Numbered from the stretch's first letter, positions 52,894-62,317 are shown. The stretch: 64,000 bases of DNA from Candidatus Hydrogenedentota bacterium (GCA_045863295.1 BTWA01000024.1:29608-93607), one strand, 5' to 3'. Numbers and translations are program-made. Notes: generated by a model not told the origin, from the sequence alone.

Positions 52894-55800
52894 CGCAAGG
52901 GTCCGATAAATAGCGAATTCGGCCTGCGGGCGTTACCTTTAGAAAACGGACTCGCGCTTGCCTTAGCCCATCCGCGCTGCCCTTGTACACAAAGTTAAAA
53001 GGGTCGCCCTTGTCACGGGTCCTGCTGTCGGCATTGGCTTCAAAATGCTCTGCCAGTGCGATTTGTTTCTCCGACATTCTCTGTATGTAGAATATCGCCC
53101 GCCGTCCTTTATGCTCCATTTCCAGCATATCTCGATTGAATAAAGTAAAGAGATGCCGCCCCGCAGGAGCTTGCTCATTTGTGGAAACGTAACTCTTACG
53201 CCTTCTCCAATTGGCATCGAACAAGGTGACTAGTTTACCAATCCAACTTCCCGTTTCGGCATCCTCGAATACTTCAAGGTATGCATTTCCATCTGGCTTT
53301 AGACCCTTATGCAGTGGTTGGGTCCTCGGATAAACCAACGCTATCGGCTCGATCAAGCGCACTCGTCGTATTCCCTTCTGGTTCAGAAACTCCTGCAAAT
53401 TCCGGACAGTCTCTTTGGTTTCGTCACCCAGCAAAGCGACCAAGCGCGCGTCAATGTCTTGGTGTCCCGCATCGAACCGCTCTAATCCTTCAAATGCAGC
53501 CAAAAAATCCATTCCTGTCAACTTGGCGGCAATTTCGGCGCGCAGACGTTTCCCCTTGATCGATTGCAGTTTCTTCCCCGTGACCAATCGCGCGGGTATG
53601 CGATGCACGGCGTTGCCCCGCGTATCGAGTCGCTTCGCGACGCCATAGGCCGTGCTATTATGCAACTCCGCCTCGATGCCATGGTCCAGCTTATGAGAAA
53701 CGACCATCTGGCGCAGAATTGTCACTGCCGATTGCCGGAAGCCGGACCAGGGTTCCGGCAGCCCATCCAGAAACTGATAGACCCCGTCTCTTTCAAACCG
53801 GCCATGGATGGACGCCGCCTGCTGAAGGAACGCCCGATCCATTAGACCGATTACAAGGGCATCGACAGCGTGGTGCCGGTGATCGTTGCGGTTTTTTTCA
53901 CCAACGGGTGTATCCCCATCCTCTCGACCAGGATTGACCTCGTCAAGAATGGAATTCAAACCGAGATGATGACGAAACATGGCGGTCAGGCGGCCCGGCA
54001 GGCAAACAACACGATAGTCCTGACCTGGTTCAAAAAGAACGGCCAAGTACTCCCTCGCCAGCCGCGCAATGTATTGGCTGTCGGTCAATTGCCGTGCGAT
54101 GAAGTCCCGATCGCTTTGAAATCTTTCCATCGCATTTTCAGCAAAGCGCATACGTTTGTTCGGAGGAAGCAATTCCGCGCGATTGAGAATTGCAGTCCAT
54201 TGCTCGCTGTGCCCCCAAGCCTCGAATGGCGTTCGTTCCCGCTTCTCCCGGTTCGCCGATTGCTTGCACAAGACTTTGTTCATCGTGCCATCGTCCAGAG
54301 TCCGTGAAAACGGAAGAATATGGTCGATTTCAACGGCACTCGTGAATAGCAGGGTGCTGGGAATGTTCTCGCCGGTGTATACGCAACACTTCTGATTGGC
54401 CGAAAGTTCCTCCCAAAGTCTGAGCCGGAAAATGTTTTCCCGGTTTGCCTTGAGATGAAACTCTTCGCGCAGGCGTTTGGCGCAGTGGTCGTTTATTTCT
54501 TTGTTTTTGGCCTGTTCTGCCGCAATTTCCCGCTTCTGCCGCAAGCTGTTCTTCAGGTCGCGTAGAACTTCCAAGTGGATTTCACTTGGCGGGCCATGAT
54601 ACTTAATAATCTCATTCACTACCTTACGCAATTGGTTGAGCGCAATATGAACGGTGGGATTCGTAACTTTGCCGTATCGCTTCTCAGGTCCGGCCGCAGG
54701 ATGTCCGCCACGCTCTGGGTCGGGTACGACATGCCGCTCCAATACCTCGCCGTAGTACGGCAATCGCTCTCGGCGGGTGCCTGTTGCCAAAGCAGAGTGG
54801 GACTTATAGCCTGCCCTAACCACGGCTTCGGAATACGGAATTACGTCCTGCACCAGTTGCTCAAGAACGTTGCGCGTTGCAGTCTTGCCTAAGCGTCCGT
54901 GTCCATCGGGCAGAGGAGTGCAGGCTACCGCTGTGGCTCGAATTCGGTCTAGTTTGAATGTCTCCATCAACCATTGAACAAGTGCTTCTTCGTCGTCCTC
55001 TTCCAGCAGCGCCACGACGATGCGCTCCTGATCGTCATCGGAAAGGTCGTACCACGCAGATCCGTATCGGTCTTTGTACGCCAGTGCTTCGGACGTGGTG
55101 TCGCATGAGAATCCGTTACGGCCTCCAACCGTTTCATGAGAAAACGTCGTATCTCGTAATCCCAAGAGCTTCCGCATTGCCTCAAAGCTAAGCTCGCCCT
55201 TTGGCTTTTTCGCGCCCCTTGGTTGACACAACGAGGCTGCTAGTTTGTCACGTTCATCTATCGTCAAACTGCGAGCGCGTAATGTCCTTCCGTCAATTAC
55301 ATGAAGATGATTCAACTCTTGATAGATGCGCAAACGCTGCACAAGCGGAAGGGCTTTCGATGCACGTTCCTCGTTGCGCTCAAATGTGCACCTGCCCACA
55401 GGGGGTGATTTGAGGGGCCGTTGAAAGAATATGATTTCACGGAGTTTTGCGAAGACTTCTTTTGTTAGTGTGTCGGGATGAAACTTGCTTTGAACTTCCC
55501 ACAGTTGATTGAATTCGGCTTCGATTAACTCGCGCGAAGCGTAAAAATCATAGTATTCCTCATTCTTTTCCTTTCCGCCCCGACCAACGCCAACTCGAGA
55601 AAGCTTTCGCGCCCGGACTGGCAAGCCGTTGCTTCGCCTGAAGTGCAGATACTTGCCAACCGTTCCATGCTCCGCAATCTTGTCCGCAGTCTCTTTGACG
55701 GCTGACTGGATCATTCCAGTTTCGTTGTCCTTTGCATCACTCTTTCTGTTGCTTTTGAATCCACGCCTTTGGTTTAAGTGAAAAATGGCCCGGCCGATTT

Positions 55801-56149
55801 CATGTAATGCCAATTCTTCTTCGACTCCGCGAGCCCGAAGTAAATAGGGATCGAGCTTGGCAACGTTTCTTCGATCCTTCTCATCTAACGGCATGAGATC
55901 ATAGAGGCTGAGTGTGTTTAGTAACCGTCCGCGCCGGTCAAGATATCGGTCTCGATTGCGGCGCATTGAACGTGCAAGTCGCCGATCCACTGCCTTAGAA
56001 GTTCCGTCTTTGGGTTTGCGGCCGTCTGGATAGATTCGAACACCCATGTCTTCTATGGAACAGGGTCTATTCCCGGACAATTGGTCGAGCCCAAGAACGC
56101 ACCAGCCAATGGAGTTTGAGCCAATATCGATTGCCAACCGGTAACTCAT
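52874..56149 (-). CDS. cas9: Type II-C Cas9, 1091 aa
   Basis: RuvC-I LAIDIGSNSIGW, Arg-rich bridge helix, RRGFKSNRK, RuvC-II IHLEVLRD, HNH IDHILPFS...NKVLC...N, RuvC-III HHAVDA; no csn2 or cas4; GGGAGAG RBS before ATG 56149. Confidence 0.98.
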   Translation of the reverse strand: MSYRLAIDIGSNSIGWCVLGLDQLSGNRPCSIEDMGVRIYPDGRKPKDGTSKAVDRRLARSMRRNRDRYLDRRGRLLNTLSLYDLMPLDEKDRRNVAKLDPYLLRARGVEEELALHEIGRAIFHLNQRRGFKSNRKSDAKDNETGMIQSAVKETADKIAEHGTVGKYLHFRRSNGLPVRARKLSRVGVGRGGKEKNEEYYDFYASRELIEAEFNQLWEVQSKFHPDTLTKEVFAKLREIIFFQRPLKSPPVGRCTFERNEERASKALPLVQRLRIYQELNHLHVIDGRTLRARSLTIDERDKLAASLCQPRGAKKPKGELSFEAMRKLLGLRDTTFSHETVGGRNGFSCDTTSEALAYKDRYGSAWYDLSDDDQERIVVALLEEDDEEALVQWLMETFKLDRIRATAVACTPLPDGHGRLGKTATRNVLEQLVQDVIPYSEAVVRAGYKSHSALATGTRRERLPYYGEVLERHVVPDPERGGHPAAGPEKRYGKVTNPTVHIALNQLRKVVNEIIKYHGPPSEIHLEVLRDLKNSLRQKREIAAEQAKNKEINDHCAKRLREEFHLKANRENIFRLRLWEELSANQKCCVYTGENIPSTLLFTSAVEIDHILPFSRTLDDGTMNKVLCKQSANREKRERTPFEAWGHSEQWTAILNRAELLPPNKRMRFAENAMERFQSDRDFIARQLTDSQYIARLAREYLAVLFEPGQDYRVVCLPGRLTAMFRHHLGLNSILDEVNPGREDGDTPVGEKNRNDHRHHAVDALVIGLMDRAFLQQAASIHGRFERDGVYQFLDGLPEPWSGFRQSAVTILRQMVVSHKLDHGIEAELHNSTAYGVAKRLDTRGNAVHRIPARLVTGKKLQSIKGKRLRAEIAAKLTGMDFLAAFEGLERFDAGHQDIDARLVALLGDETKETVRNLQEFLNQKGIRRVRLIEPIALVYPRTQPLHKGLKPDGNAYLEVFEDAETGSWIGKLVTLFDANWRRRKSYVSTNEQAPAGRHLFTLFNRDMLEMEHKGRRAIFYIQRMSEKQIALAEHFEANADSRTRDKGDPFNFVYKGSADGLRQARVRFLKVTPAGRIRYLSDPCDDSPGS

Positions 56150-56180
56150 GTCTCTCTCCCCGTATGTCCTAAAACAGTGC

Positions 56181-56220
56181 TTGACGATACTGTTATACAT
56201 TTAGTAGCATAAGTCTGCAA
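56181..56220. promoter_or_regulatory. Overlapping divergent promoters for tracrRNA (+) and cas9 (-)
   Basis: Plus strand TTGACG(56181)-N18-TAGCAT(56205). Minus strand TTGCAG(56220-15)-N17-TATAAC(56197-92). Confidence 0.5.
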
Positions 56221-56288
56221 AATGGAGTTTGTTAGCCGTTAACAAGTTACAAACACCAAATGTGGCAGGCTGCGGCCTGCCTTTTTTT
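56216..56288 (+). ncRNA. tracrRNA (about 73 nt)
   Basis: Anti-repeat TGCAAAATGGAGT-TTGTT-AGCCGTTAAC pairs with repeat nt 1-24; ends in a GGCAGGC-TGCG-GCCTGCC-T7 terminator. Confidence 0.9.
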
Positions 56289-56493
56289 GTGTCTCACCCC
56301 AAAATAGTAAAAATTCTATTAAGATCCGCCTTTTGACCTATTCGACGTCTGCAACCTTCGCTAGCATTAATTGTCAACTAAACACAGATCAATCCGCGCC
56401 ACCTAAACCTCCTCCAACTCCCCTAAATCTCGACTGCAACAAGACAAACCCAAAATAGTAAAGGGGTGAATCCCGTAGAAGCGATGCCAACGA

Positions 56494-56574
56494 CCAAAAC
56501 CATCCATACCGAAGCCACCCCCTTTGGACTGCGCCGGCAAAGGCGACAGCCGTCGACGGCGCTTTGGCTCTCGG
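56494..56574 (+). repeat. 81-bp REP-like element, right copy
   Basis: Direct repeat of 48992-49071 with one extra A in the C-tract. Confidence 0.95.
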
Positions 56575-57037
56575 TGCAGGCGTCCCAGTATACGCCCCAG
56601 TATCCGCCCGCTGACCCCACAGGCAGTGCTATCCCAACCACAATCACAACGCAACGACTTACAACGCTTTCAACCCCGTCCACCCCTTGAATCGTCAAAA
56701 AGTAGAGCCACTGCACCCCCTTGAATCCAATTCAGTGGCGCTTCGCCCCCGGCGACATTCCGCTCAAGGTGCAACAGCCTCAACCTAATAAGAAGAACCG
56801 ATAGCCAGCGCAAATCGCTGGGACAATTGCAGGAGCGTACAGTCCCCTGGAATCCGCGAGGGGAATCGCCGCGCGCCACGGGTTGTCTGTCGAAATCCCG
56901 GTAGAATATAATAGACAGACACTAATGTCGTGCGGCAGACCGCCCCCTCTCGGGCGGAACGATTTCCGTGGGATGTCCGGCGATTATCGCCAAGTACGCC
57001 GCCGGCCATGGTTTTTCGAGGAGCCCCGTTACCCCTT

Positions 57038-58594
57038 ATGGCCAAATTCGTCTTGGACTTGCACAAAGAGGGGAGTAGCATCAGCACTTTTCCCGTGGGC
57101 ACCGACGGCCTTGTCATCGGCCGGGCCTCCGAATGCGATATTGTCCTGCCCGATTCCATGGTCTCCCGCCGGCATGCCCGGGTCTGGCTCGAAGGGGAAA
57201 GCCTCAAAGTCGAAGATCTGGGGTCACGAAACGGCATTATCGTCAACGGCGAGCGCGTGGTCCGGCTCAAGGTCGACGAGGGCGACGAAGTCACCGTCGG
57301 CACCCATACCTTTCGTATCGTCAAATCCCGAGTCGACAAGGTCCTGTCCGACACCGGCTCGATGATCTCGTATGAACGCGCCGAAGACATGTACGAAAAA
57401 ATGGTGCAAGAGGGCGACGCCGAAACGATGCCCATCCTCTACCAAGCGGCGCAACTCCTCGGCACGGTATTCGATCTCGATGAACTGTTGGACAAGATCC
57501 TCGAACTCATTTTCGAGGCCATCCCCGTGAAGCGCGGCTACATCTTGATTGCCGCATCCGACGGCAAAGCGCCGACCATCCGCGCCGGCCGGCCCAAAGA
57601 CAAAAAGAACGGTTATCCCACGCTCAGCCAGACCCTCGTGGAGCAGGTCTTCACGTCCAAGAGCGCATTGCTGACCGTAAATGCCCAGCAGGATTTCTCC
57701 TATTCCGAAAGCGTGATCGACCAGAAGATCCAGGCCGTCATGTGCGTGCCATTGTGCGGACGTACCGCGGAACTGGTCGGCGCAATTTACGTCGATTCCG
57801 GAGAGAGCGAACGCATCTTTAAAATCAGCCAACTCAAACTGCTCACCGCCATAGGTCGTGTTACCGGTGTGGCTGTCGAAAACGCGCGCCTGCACCAGGA
57901 GGCCGTCGAACGCGAACGCCTCGCGGCCATCGGCAAAGCCACCGCCGGCCTCGGTCATTGCGTCAAAAATATCCTTACCGGAATCAAGGGCGGCAGCGAA
58001 TATATCGAACTCGGTGTGGACGAGGAAGCCTGGAAGTATGTCAAAAAAGGCTGGCCCCTCGTGCGCCGCTCGATCGATCGCATCGAAGACCTCGTGATCA
58101 ATTTGATGACCTATTCCCGCGACCGCGAACCCGAGCGGATGAGCACCGACATCAACTCCATTATCTCCGAAATTCTCGCGGTCACCACCGACAACGCAAA
58201 GAAATCCAAAGTCGACATCGTGTTTCAACCCGGGGAAATCGGCACGGCCCACCTCGACGGCCTCGGCATTTACCGCGCCCTCTTGAACCTGATTCAAAAC
58301 GCCATCGAAGCCTGCGAAGAGCACGGCGGTACCGTTACAATTCGCACCCGCACGGACGAAGGCGCGATTTACGTCGAAGTGCAGGATACCGGCGTGGGCA
58401 TCAAGGAAGAATTCTACAGCGAGTTGTTCAAAGCCTTCAGCAGCACCAAAGGCTCGCGTGGCACCGGACTCGGTCTGGTTTGTTCTCAAAAGATCATTGA
58501 AGAACACGGCGGCGTCATCCGCGTAAAGAGCAAGGAAGGGCAGGGATCCACGTTCACTGTTTTCCTACCCCGAAGCACAACACTTCAGAAGTAG
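57038..58594 (+). CDS. FHA-GAF-histidine kinase
   Basis: IGRASECD...SRRHA...DLGSRNG FHA; GAF; H-box GLGHCVKNIL; NLIQNA, DTGVGI and GTGLGL. Confidence 0.9.
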   Translation: MAKFVLDLHKEGSSISTFPVGTDGLVIGRASECDIVLPDSMVSRRHARVWLEGESLKVEDLGSRNGIIVNGERVVRLKVDEGDEVTVGTHTFRIVKSRVDKVLSDTGSMISYERAEDMYEKMVQEGDAETMPILYQAAQLLGTVFDLDELLDKILELIFEAIPVKRGYILIAASDGKAPTIRAGRPKDKKNGYPTLSQTLVEQVFTSKSALLTVNAQQDFSYSESVIDQKIQAVMCVPLCGRTAELVGAIYVDSGESERIFKISQLKLLTAIGRVTGVAVENARLHQEAVERERLAAIGKATAGLGHCVKNILTGIKGGSEYIELGVDEEAWKYVKKGWPLVRRSIDRIEDLVINLMTYSRDREPERMSTDINSIISEILAVTTDNAKKSKVDIVFQPGEIGTAHLDGLGIYRALLNLIQNAIEACEEHGGTVTIRTRTDEGAIYVEVQDTGVGIKEEFYSELFKAFSSTKGSRGTGLGLVCSQKIIEEHGGVIRVKSKEGQGSTFTVFLPRSTTLQK

Positions 58595-58603
58595 CGGACA
58601 ATA

Positions 58604-58641
58604 AAAAAACGCCTCCGAAGACCGGGTCCTCGGAGGCGTTT
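58604..58641. terminator. Intrinsic terminator between convergent genes
   Basis: AAAAAAACGCCTCCGA...TCGGAGGCGTTT. Confidence 0.75.
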
Positions 58642-58663
58642 GCCAATCTAAATTCGGGAGGCT

Positions 58664-59086
58664 TTACCGGTTCCGCGCCATCGTGACGCCAACCGCCGGA
58701 ATGACCGCCGCGGCCGCCAGCGCCACAAGCCCCGCCGCGCATAGGACAAGGCCCTTCATGCCAAGCGCCTCGACCAACGGCGTCACCGATACCAGCATAT
58801 AATCCCAATAACCGCGACTGCCGGGCATCTGCTGCGAAAGCCAGCCCTGCGAAAAGGCATACACCGGAAGACCTACAATAACCATGGCCGCCGTCGCGAT
58901 AATCATCGTGGTGGCCAACAAGCGCACACGCAACTTGTGCCGCTCGCCCTGAACGAGTACCGCCACCTTCAACCGGGCATCCACGCGCTTGTGAAAACCC
59001 GTCGGGACGGCGCGCATGGGTTCGGCCTTCAATGCCTCTTCAATAAAGGCATCAAGGTCATGGTCATTGAGTTGATTCGGATTCAT
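58664..59086 (-). CDS. Putative anti-sigma factor (membrane protein)
   Basis: Overlaps the sigma gene 3' end; VPTGFHKRV motif followed by two TM helices. Confidence 0.65.
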   Translation of the reverse strand: MNPNQLNDHDLDAFIEEALKAEPMRAVPTGFHKRVDARLKVAVLVQGERHKLRVRLLATTMIIATAAMVIVGLPVYAFSQGWLSQQMPGSRGYWDYMLVSVTPLVEALGMKGLVLCAAGLVALAAAAVIPAVGVTMARNR

Positions 59087-59678
59087 GCTTCTTCAGCTCC
59101 TTCTCCACGATCTTCCGCAATTGGAGGCGCGCCCTGTGCATCCAGGTCTTCAACGTGCCCAGGGGTATGTTCATCGTTTCCGCGATTTCTTCGTAAGCAA
59201 TCTCTTGCAGGTAATACAGATTCAGAATCGTCGCATACCGATCCGGCAGCTTGCTCACGCAACGCCGTACCATCTCCGGCGTGTCCGTCACGTAATCCGG
59301 TTCGACCGCCGTCTCTTTCGAATTCACGTGCGCGGGCGTCAATTCCACTTCGCCGCGCCGTTTGCGCCGGTTCAACTCCGTCAGACACACGCTGGACGTC
59401 ACGCGGTACAACCACGTCGAAAAGCTGCAATCCCCGCGAAACCCGTTCAGCAGACGGTACGCCTTGAGAAAGGCCTCCTGCGCCATGTCTTCCGCCAGTG
59501 CGCTGTCGCGCATGAACCGGTACGAAAGGTTATACACGACGCGCTCGTGCCGGCTTACCAGCACAGAAAACGCCTCGGCGTCGCCGGCCTTTGTACGTTC
59601 AACCAGCGCGAGATCGGAATCATCCACCATCGCGACGCCTTCCGCGTTCAGCCATGTCGTTGCGTGACTCCCGCTCAT
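59064..59678 (-). CDS. ECF RNA polymerase sigma factor
   Basis: AEDMAQEAFLKAYR, FSTWLYRV and YEEIAETMNIPLGTLKTWMHRAR motifs. Confidence 0.95.
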   Translation of the reverse strand: MSGSHATTWLNAEGVAMVDDSDLALVERTKAGDAEAFSVLVSRHERVVYNLSYRFMRDSALAEDMAQEAFLKAYRLLNGFRGDCSFSTWLYRVTSSVCLTELNRRKRRGEVELTPAHVNSKETAVEPDYVTDTPEMVRRCVSKLPDRYATILNLYYLQEIAYEEIAETMNIPLGTLKTWMHRARLQLRKIVEKELKKHESESTQ

Positions 59679-60610
59679 ATGCCCGTACTCGCAATAATAA
59701 TGTTGCCGTTCAGCGCGTCCATCTCGATCCGCGCCCGCTCGCTGCCGCTGCCGCTCCCGATGGTGCCCTGAACCTGGCGGTGCGGTTCGCCGTCCTGGGC
59801 CGGGGTCAGGGGCAAGTCCGTATAGATGTTGCCGCGTCCCGTGCGCGCGTCGATCGACGCCGAACTGCCTTCTTTCATATGCAGTCGAATGCCGCCATTC
59901 TGGCTTGTCAGACGGCAGCCGTCAATGACCGGTTTCAACAATTTCGCGAAGATGAGGCCATTTGCGGTGGATGCTTCGAGAAAGCCGCCTTCCACATCCG
60001 CTTCCACATTGCCGTTGACGGTGGACAGGTGTCCTCCGGCCGGTGCGCCGGCCAACCGGATTCGGCCGTTGATGCTCTCCGCCGTCACCTCGCCCAAAGG
60101 ACGTGCGATGTCGATGTCGGTGTTGTGCCCGCGCACTTCCACGCGGCCGCATCCTTCGTTCAGCGTAACGTTGCCATTTTCCGCATTGACGGTGATATCG
60201 GTGCCGCGCGGCACTTGCACGGTATACAGCACGAACAGGTATACGCCGGCCGGCCGCGATCCCGGCTCGGTCACGACGTTCAATACTCCGTTGTCCACCG
60301 TGTTCGCCATCAACGTTTCCATGTATGCATTGGCCGTGGCCACGGTCTCGGATCGCTTCACAAACGCGCGGATGTCGGCGGTAACGGAGACACTGTCTCC
60401 GTCGTGGGTGGCGATGCTGATATTGCCGTCGGTGTTGGACAGGACCAGTTGGGTGATGCCCTCATGGGTCACACTCTTGATGCTGCTGACATCGGGTTTG
60501 CCAATGACCTGTGGCAGCGTAGGGGCAGAGCCAAGCACGCCAATGCTCACCGCCATGACCAAGGTGGCGATGAGAAAGGCTGTCGTGACACTTTTCAGGT
60601 AACTGTTCAT
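59675..60610 (-). CDS. DUF4097/adhesin-like beta-strand repeat protein
   Basis: N-terminal hydrophobic segment; repeated NG.I/V beta units. Confidence 0.8.
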   Translation of the reverse strand: MNSYLKSVTTAFLIATLVMAVSIGVLGSAPTLPQVIGKPDVSSIKSVTHEGITQLVLSNTDGNISIATHDGDSVSVTADIRAFVKRSETVATANAYMETLMANTVDNGVLNVVTEPGSRPAGVYLFVLYTVQVPRGTDITVNAENGNVTLNEGCGRVEVRGHNTDIDIARPLGEVTAESINGRIRLAGAPAGGHLSTVNGNVEADVEGGFLEASTANGLIFAKLLKPVIDGCRLTSQNGGIRLHMKEGSSASIDARTGRGNIYTDLPLTPAQDGEPHRQVQGTIGSGSGSERARIEMDALNGNIIIASTGI

Positions 60611-60619
60611 CGTGCCAAG

Positions 60620-60649
60620 TTTGACCCGGCCCGTGGCGTTCAGGTTTCA
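60620..60649 (-). promoter_or_regulatory. Putative ECF-sigma promoter of the DUF4097-sigma-antisigma operon
   Basis: TGAAACC-N17-GTCAAA ending 9 nt before the ATG. Confidence 0.6.
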
Positions 60650-60720
60650 ATGCAACGCCTTTTGCTTCCGGCAGATACAGGGAGGCCTGATAAAGGGTAC
60701 CGCCCCGCGGGATCCCCTGC

Positions 60721-60750
60721 TGAAACCGAAGGCTTGCCGGTGTGGTCCAA
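60721..60750 (+). promoter_or_regulatory. Putative second, divergent ECF-sigma promoter
   Basis: TGAAACC-N17-GTCCAA, same spacing as the minus-strand copy. Confidence 0.55.
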
Positions 60751-60988
60751 TTCACACGAGCGGCAAGGGCGAACTCAACCGATGCCCCTTTGGTCGAGGG
60801 AGTCGCCGTTTGGCAGTTTCAGAGCTAAGTGTCCTCCTTGCAAGCTCTTGGAACCGAGTTGAAGACGGATGCCTGGCGAGATGTCGCGAGCAAGGCCAAA
60901 TCCAGCAGAACGGAAACCTCCTACACTTCGCGTCCTGCCCCCGTGATGTCTCGCCAGGCCCCAGCTACTAAACAGAAAACGGGCTTTC

Positions 60989-61414
60989 ATGCAGACATTG
61001 CTGATACTAGTACCGCTTGTAATCCTCGTTGTTACAATCTTTTACGGGGTTTTCTATTCGTTGGTTCGGGCTTGGTTGGACTACCGCGTAAAACTCTCAT
61101 TTCTTGAAAAACTGGAAAAACATCCCGATCTTCTGGCGGCGAAAGATGAAGTTCAGGGAATTCTCAGCCAAGGCGCTGTTCCGGCTCGATACACTCCTCG
61201 GCAGGATTATGCGTTGACGGGCCTGATCCTGGCGATTTTCGGCATTGTGTTCGCCTTGCTGGGGTACAATGCGCGTATCGGACAATTCGCGGTCGGCGCC
61301 ACGCTGGGCGGGATTGTCTGTCTCATGATCGGAATCCTGCTTGGATTGTTTGGATTGGTAATTCGTTTTCTCGCGCGCGGAGATTCGGCCAAGTCCAGCG
61401 ACCCGGTTGCCTGA
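60989..61414 (+). CDS. Small membrane protein (three TM helices)
   Basis: Hydrophobic pattern; divergent from the ECF operon. Confidence 0.7.
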   Translation: MQTLLILVPLVILVVTIFYGVFYSLVRAWLDYRVKLSFLEKLEKHPDLLAAKDEVQGILSQGAVPARYTPRQDYALTGLILAIFGIVFALLGYNARIGQFAVGATLGGIVCLMIGILLGLFGLVIRFLARGDSAKSSDPVA

Positions 61415-61614
61415 TCCTTCCCAAGTCTGGTCTGATGTCCTTCCCTACGCTGGCTCTTACCGGTGCCGGCTCCATTGTGTCTACTCCTTTTTTGTGAGCG
61501 AACTGCATCAAGTACTCGCAGGGATGTTGTCGCCGCGAGGGGCGTGTACGGGAGCAATGATTGTGCGCGACTCAGGGTCCGTGTCTCGCGCCGGAGAACT
61601 TGGGAATGCGTCAA

Positions 61615-61980
61615 TGCCCCTATAGTTATGCTTTTCCGTTGCATTTTCTTAGCGGATTGAAACAAGGGTATTTGATGGATTTGCGCGGTTTGCGCATTTG
61701 TGGGATGGGGCGGAATTGATTGGGGAGGTGGGGACTGAACGCGTCCACAGAGTACACGGATTTTCACAGATTTTAAGATGGAGCGGGCTCTAGTGGCTTA
61801 GGCATGGGGGCTACTGTGCCCCCTATGGTTATGCTATTCCGTTGCATCTTCTTAGCGAATTGAAACAAGGGTATATGATGGATTTACGCGGTTTGCGCAT
61901 TTGCGGGATGGGGCGGAATTGATGGGGCGGCGGGGACTGAACGCGTCCACAGATTGCACCGATGTACACAGATTCTAAGA
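61615..61980. repeat. Imperfect ~164-bp tandem duplication (61615-61778 and 61817-61980)
   Basis: Shared blocks such as TTGAAACAAGGGTA, CGCGGTTTGCGCATTTG, GGGATGGGGCGGAATTGAT and GGGGACTGAACGCGTCCACAGA. Confidence 0.9.
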
Positions 61981-62110
61981 GAATACTCTTTGATATGCAG
62001 GCCCGGATATGCGCGAGTGTTTACCTTGCAGTCAAGACGAAGAGGAGACCATTCTGGTTATCTGGCGTGGCTTGGAGGACGGAGTACAGTCTCAGTGGTC
62101 GGAAACTCTG

Positions 62111-62317
62111 TCACAAGGAGTCAGCGATCATGTTGTCTCCGTCATCGTACGTGTAGTCGTATTCGCCCGTGATGTTCGCGGACTGCACACGGTCGGCGCT
62201 GATGAGCCGGTTTCGGCCGTCGTACTCATATTCCCAGTATACCCCATCTTCGTGGTCGATGCGTTCGATGTTCCCGCCATCGGTCAGGGTGTACTCAAAG
62301 CTCTGTTTCGTGGTCAT
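62111..62317 (-). pseudogene. Orphan RHS/YD-repeat fragment
   Basis: YEYDGRNRLISA and YTYDDGDNM YD-repeat motifs in a 68-aa fragment. Confidence 0.75.

Noticed and set aside
56150..56200. 17-aa N-terminal extension of Cas9 in the ORF track
   Set aside because: RuvC-I begins at MSYRLAID with a good RBS, and the extension overlaps the promoter region.
56290..56730. Short duplicated motifs (CCCAAAATAGTAAA x2, CCCAGTATNCGC x2, CCCCTTGAATC x2)
   Set aside because: Too short and irregularly spaced to support an array or att site.
57224..60862. Long antisense ORFs (57224-58507, 59591-60862, and similar ones elsewhere)
   Set aside because: Shadow ORFs opposite well-supported genes in GC-rich DNA, with no motifs.
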